Shown: positions 62,901-64,000 of the stretch, in pieces | Layout of the letters: the number at the start of each line of letters is the position of its first letter | How positions within the stretch are numbered: position 1 is the first letter of the stretch | From: Chthonomonadales bacterium | GTDB lineage: Bacteria; Armatimonadota; Chthonomonadetes; Chthonomonadales; CAJBBX01 | Length of the DNA stretch: 64,000 bases | NCBI GenBank assembly: GCA_049967475.1 | Contig: JBMFSQ010000011.1 | Location: forward strand, 32,001 to 96,000 | Reading direction: 5' to 3' | Made by a program: the position numbers and the translations under genes | The notes under the pieces: model-generated | What the model saw: only the letters and a program-made list of their open reading frames with translations | Told to the model about the DNA's origin: nothing | The model's database searches: none

Positions 62901-63401
62901 GAGCCCAGCCGGTCCCAGTTGGGTGGGTTCCCATGCGGTGATGCCGCGTTGAGGCCGGAAGAAGCCTGCTTTGAGCGCGATGCCCAGGTCGCTCGGGAAG
63001 ATCACGCGCTTCAGGTTGGCCGGATCCACTCGCAGGGGCCCCGGGCAGGAGATAGAAAGCGCGTCTTGGTCGCGAGGACATACGGTGGGAATGAGGGCGA
63101 CGGCGTCTCCTTCCCGATGCACATCCACGGAGATCTTGCCTGCAGCAACCGACCAGGTGATGCGATAGCCGTTCGTCAATTGCTCCACGGCGGGAGCATC
63201 GGGCCCCTTGGGCGTTACAACGCGGCCGTTCCGCAAGCGCAGGCGCCACAGCGGGCCTTCCGCCACACGCGCCCCCGAAGCCGAGACGATGCGGACCTGC
63301 CCGGCTTCGGGTGTAATTTGCACGCTACCCCCTGGGCAGCGAACGATTAGCGGTTCGAGGAAACCGCGGGCAACGGCAAAGGCAACAAGGAGCATGGCCA
63401 C
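59916..63401 (-). CDS. Large putative glycoside hydrolase-like protein with duplicated GATase1-like domain
   Basis: TIM-barrel-like core GGFDKQLPD..PP, PYTNPTWW, FVDQ.G; two IVNPY.E.LP...GG.WFE..G.P domains. Confidence 0.7.
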   Translation of the reverse strand: MAMLLVAFAVARGFLEPLIVRCPGGSVQITPEAGQVRIVSASGARVAEGPLWRLRLRNGRVVTPKGPDAPAVEQLTNGYRITWSVAAGKISVDVHREGDAVALIPTVCPRDQDALSISCPGPLRVDPANLKRVIFPSDLGIALKAGFFRPQRGITAWEPTQLGPAGLERIAGLQCVLRPMDAPAEPVQATRQGIDLLGDELVQQWTSRPRYLLRPPAQQPEITLLQGASGAFLSIHRVGKGMLARFGGKLEAADGPLMLATVQRMIAQLAGFAPNRRRHNVVLIALRHGPPLGGWAPALIEDWKNALEHSPWFLGAGLRTRLATTPGDLVRAMKDRATFAIVNPYSERLPCSSAGWQPMADAIRTFLQKGGVWFETTGWPAYSAITPARYLSISTGYPIGFCDYARVDTSRGSFALYGVQRSDDPTHIFVPAEWSARGSRNGGVLERSWEGFAPKGGAWTAPSVRISFAPAVQDDLRTYLAANHLEATPEQKAPAALLDRWKRSLLINVAGPTFRQQAEVVDQLPAPAAIHLGDYLHGGFDKQLPDILPPNPEKGTEQDFRSLFDQAHQKGDLVIPYTNPTWWCDDPRGPTFQRVGEGPLLLGLDGKPNREQYGPNWGWSICPWHPEVLAATDRMWAPFVQQYPADALFVDQLGMRGLLYDLNPASPTPYAYVQGIMNLGKRMAQHFPIACEHGFDRLLPIVTEFRGLTWQLVPFEHTPPWLADWLVLYRDRMEDSEWEFYPLGLFLAHDRALFGHHGGGPFVNDREQLAWTMVLGYQISAEVWPTPLPDTRKMSWLDYLERLQDRVGSRLAEQPLLDFRYLAGSGSRGVLQARYGPFTVTANLRSFPYPMGNRTVAPMGFDVEGPGIVAGIYTKYGRMLGSPELWLLGSSPRELVSPAPEPLAGPAAAPAQRPPRTHAPSTASLIGVLDFALLNRQEYPWGGPSPEQWLDALAHCRPVADGWATVRRITRPEELEAALSHPEVWLAIVNPYAETLPVTARYGPQAMVSAIRRFVQHGGTWFENGGYPFWTARAVDDAQTPSVALGPSGLAFLGAAASAIGLYTEPGVPLQPTAAGEAWLGVRWAQLISSCTARVNRPILDPGADLVFAQGANGEAYLAGWQLGGSGWFLRFCGGPVPADVALPTGTALIERLFGAENGAN

Positions 63402-63524
63402 AGACGGAGAACCCCCGGCCGAGATTTCTCCGTCACGGCACGAAACGCCTCCGCAAGGTGCCCGCCTGCGCGCTCCCCTTTGGAGGTGCCTCCCCAGCAG
63501 GCGGATCCGAGTGCGGACACCGCA

Positions 63525-64000
63525 CTATGCCAGGATCTTCTCCACGGGTACGCCGGCTACGTCGGTAAGGCGGAAGTCCCGCCCTTGGTACTTATAGGTG
63601 AGCTTGGTATGATCAATGCCCAGGCAGCGGAGGATGGTGGCATTGAGATCGTGGATGTGGACCGGATCGCGCACGATGTTGTAACAGAAGTCATCGGTTT
63701 CGCCCAGCACCACCCCGCCCTTGATGCCGCCGCCGGCAAGGAGCGTGGTGAAGCAGCGGCCGTGGTGGTCGCGTCCGTAATTGTCTTGCGTTAGGGCTCC
63801 TTGGCTGTAGACGGTGCGCCCGAATTCACCGCCCCACACCACCAGGGTGTCCTCCAACATGCCCCTCTGTTTGAGATCCTTGATGAGAGCCGCAGTGGGC
63901 TGGTCCGTATCTCTGCACTGGCCCCGTATCTGGGTTGGGAGGTTCCCGTGCTGGTCCCACCCGCGGTGGAAGAGCTGGATGAAGCGCACGCCGCGCTCAG
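63525..64000 (-). CDS. DUF1501 family protein, 5'-truncated by window edge
   Basis: [35 protein letters not shown]. Confidence 0.92.
   Translation of the reverse strand, partial: ERGVRFIQLFHRGWDQHGNLPTQIRGQCRDTDQPTAALIKDLKQRGMLEDTLVVWGGEFGRTVYSQGALTQDNYGRDHHGRCFTTLLAGGGIKGGVVLGETDDFCYNIVRDPVHIHDLNATILRCLGIDHTKLTYKYQGRDFRLTDVAGVPVEKILA

Overview
GC-rich bacterial chromosomal window. Gene content (DUF1501/DUF1549-1553 cluster, YabN-type MazG, LCP, SLH domains, many Tat/Sec-exported glycan proteins) suggests Armatimonadota, but this is inference only. The window is mostly housekeeping and includes rnpB, pyrG, menG/ubiE, a polyprenyl synthase, larC, mazG, hflX, metF and dnaA-recF-dciA with no dnaN. 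No mobile element, CRISPR, tRNA or rRNA was recognised. Main observations: (1) a candidate oriC between dnaA and recF built from non-canonical boxes TTGCGCACA/TTATGCACA, paired with substitutions in the DnaA recognition helix; (2) tandem NrdR-like boxes upstream of dnaA; (3) a Bacillus-type GGGC/C-rich-terminator pyrG leader implying reiterative-transcription attenuation; (4) an unexplained five-gene cluster: ExeA-like AAA ATPase, hypothetical, ParA, small partner, and a heme-c sensor fused to a catalytically degenerate nucleotide cyclase; (5) a DUF1549/1553-DUF1501-WD40-PPC operon whose PPC protein has an inserted cytochrome c domain; (6) a circularly permuted domain duplication, a tandem nDsbD duplication and two probable CTG starts. 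All family calls come from motif recognition by eye, not from database searches.
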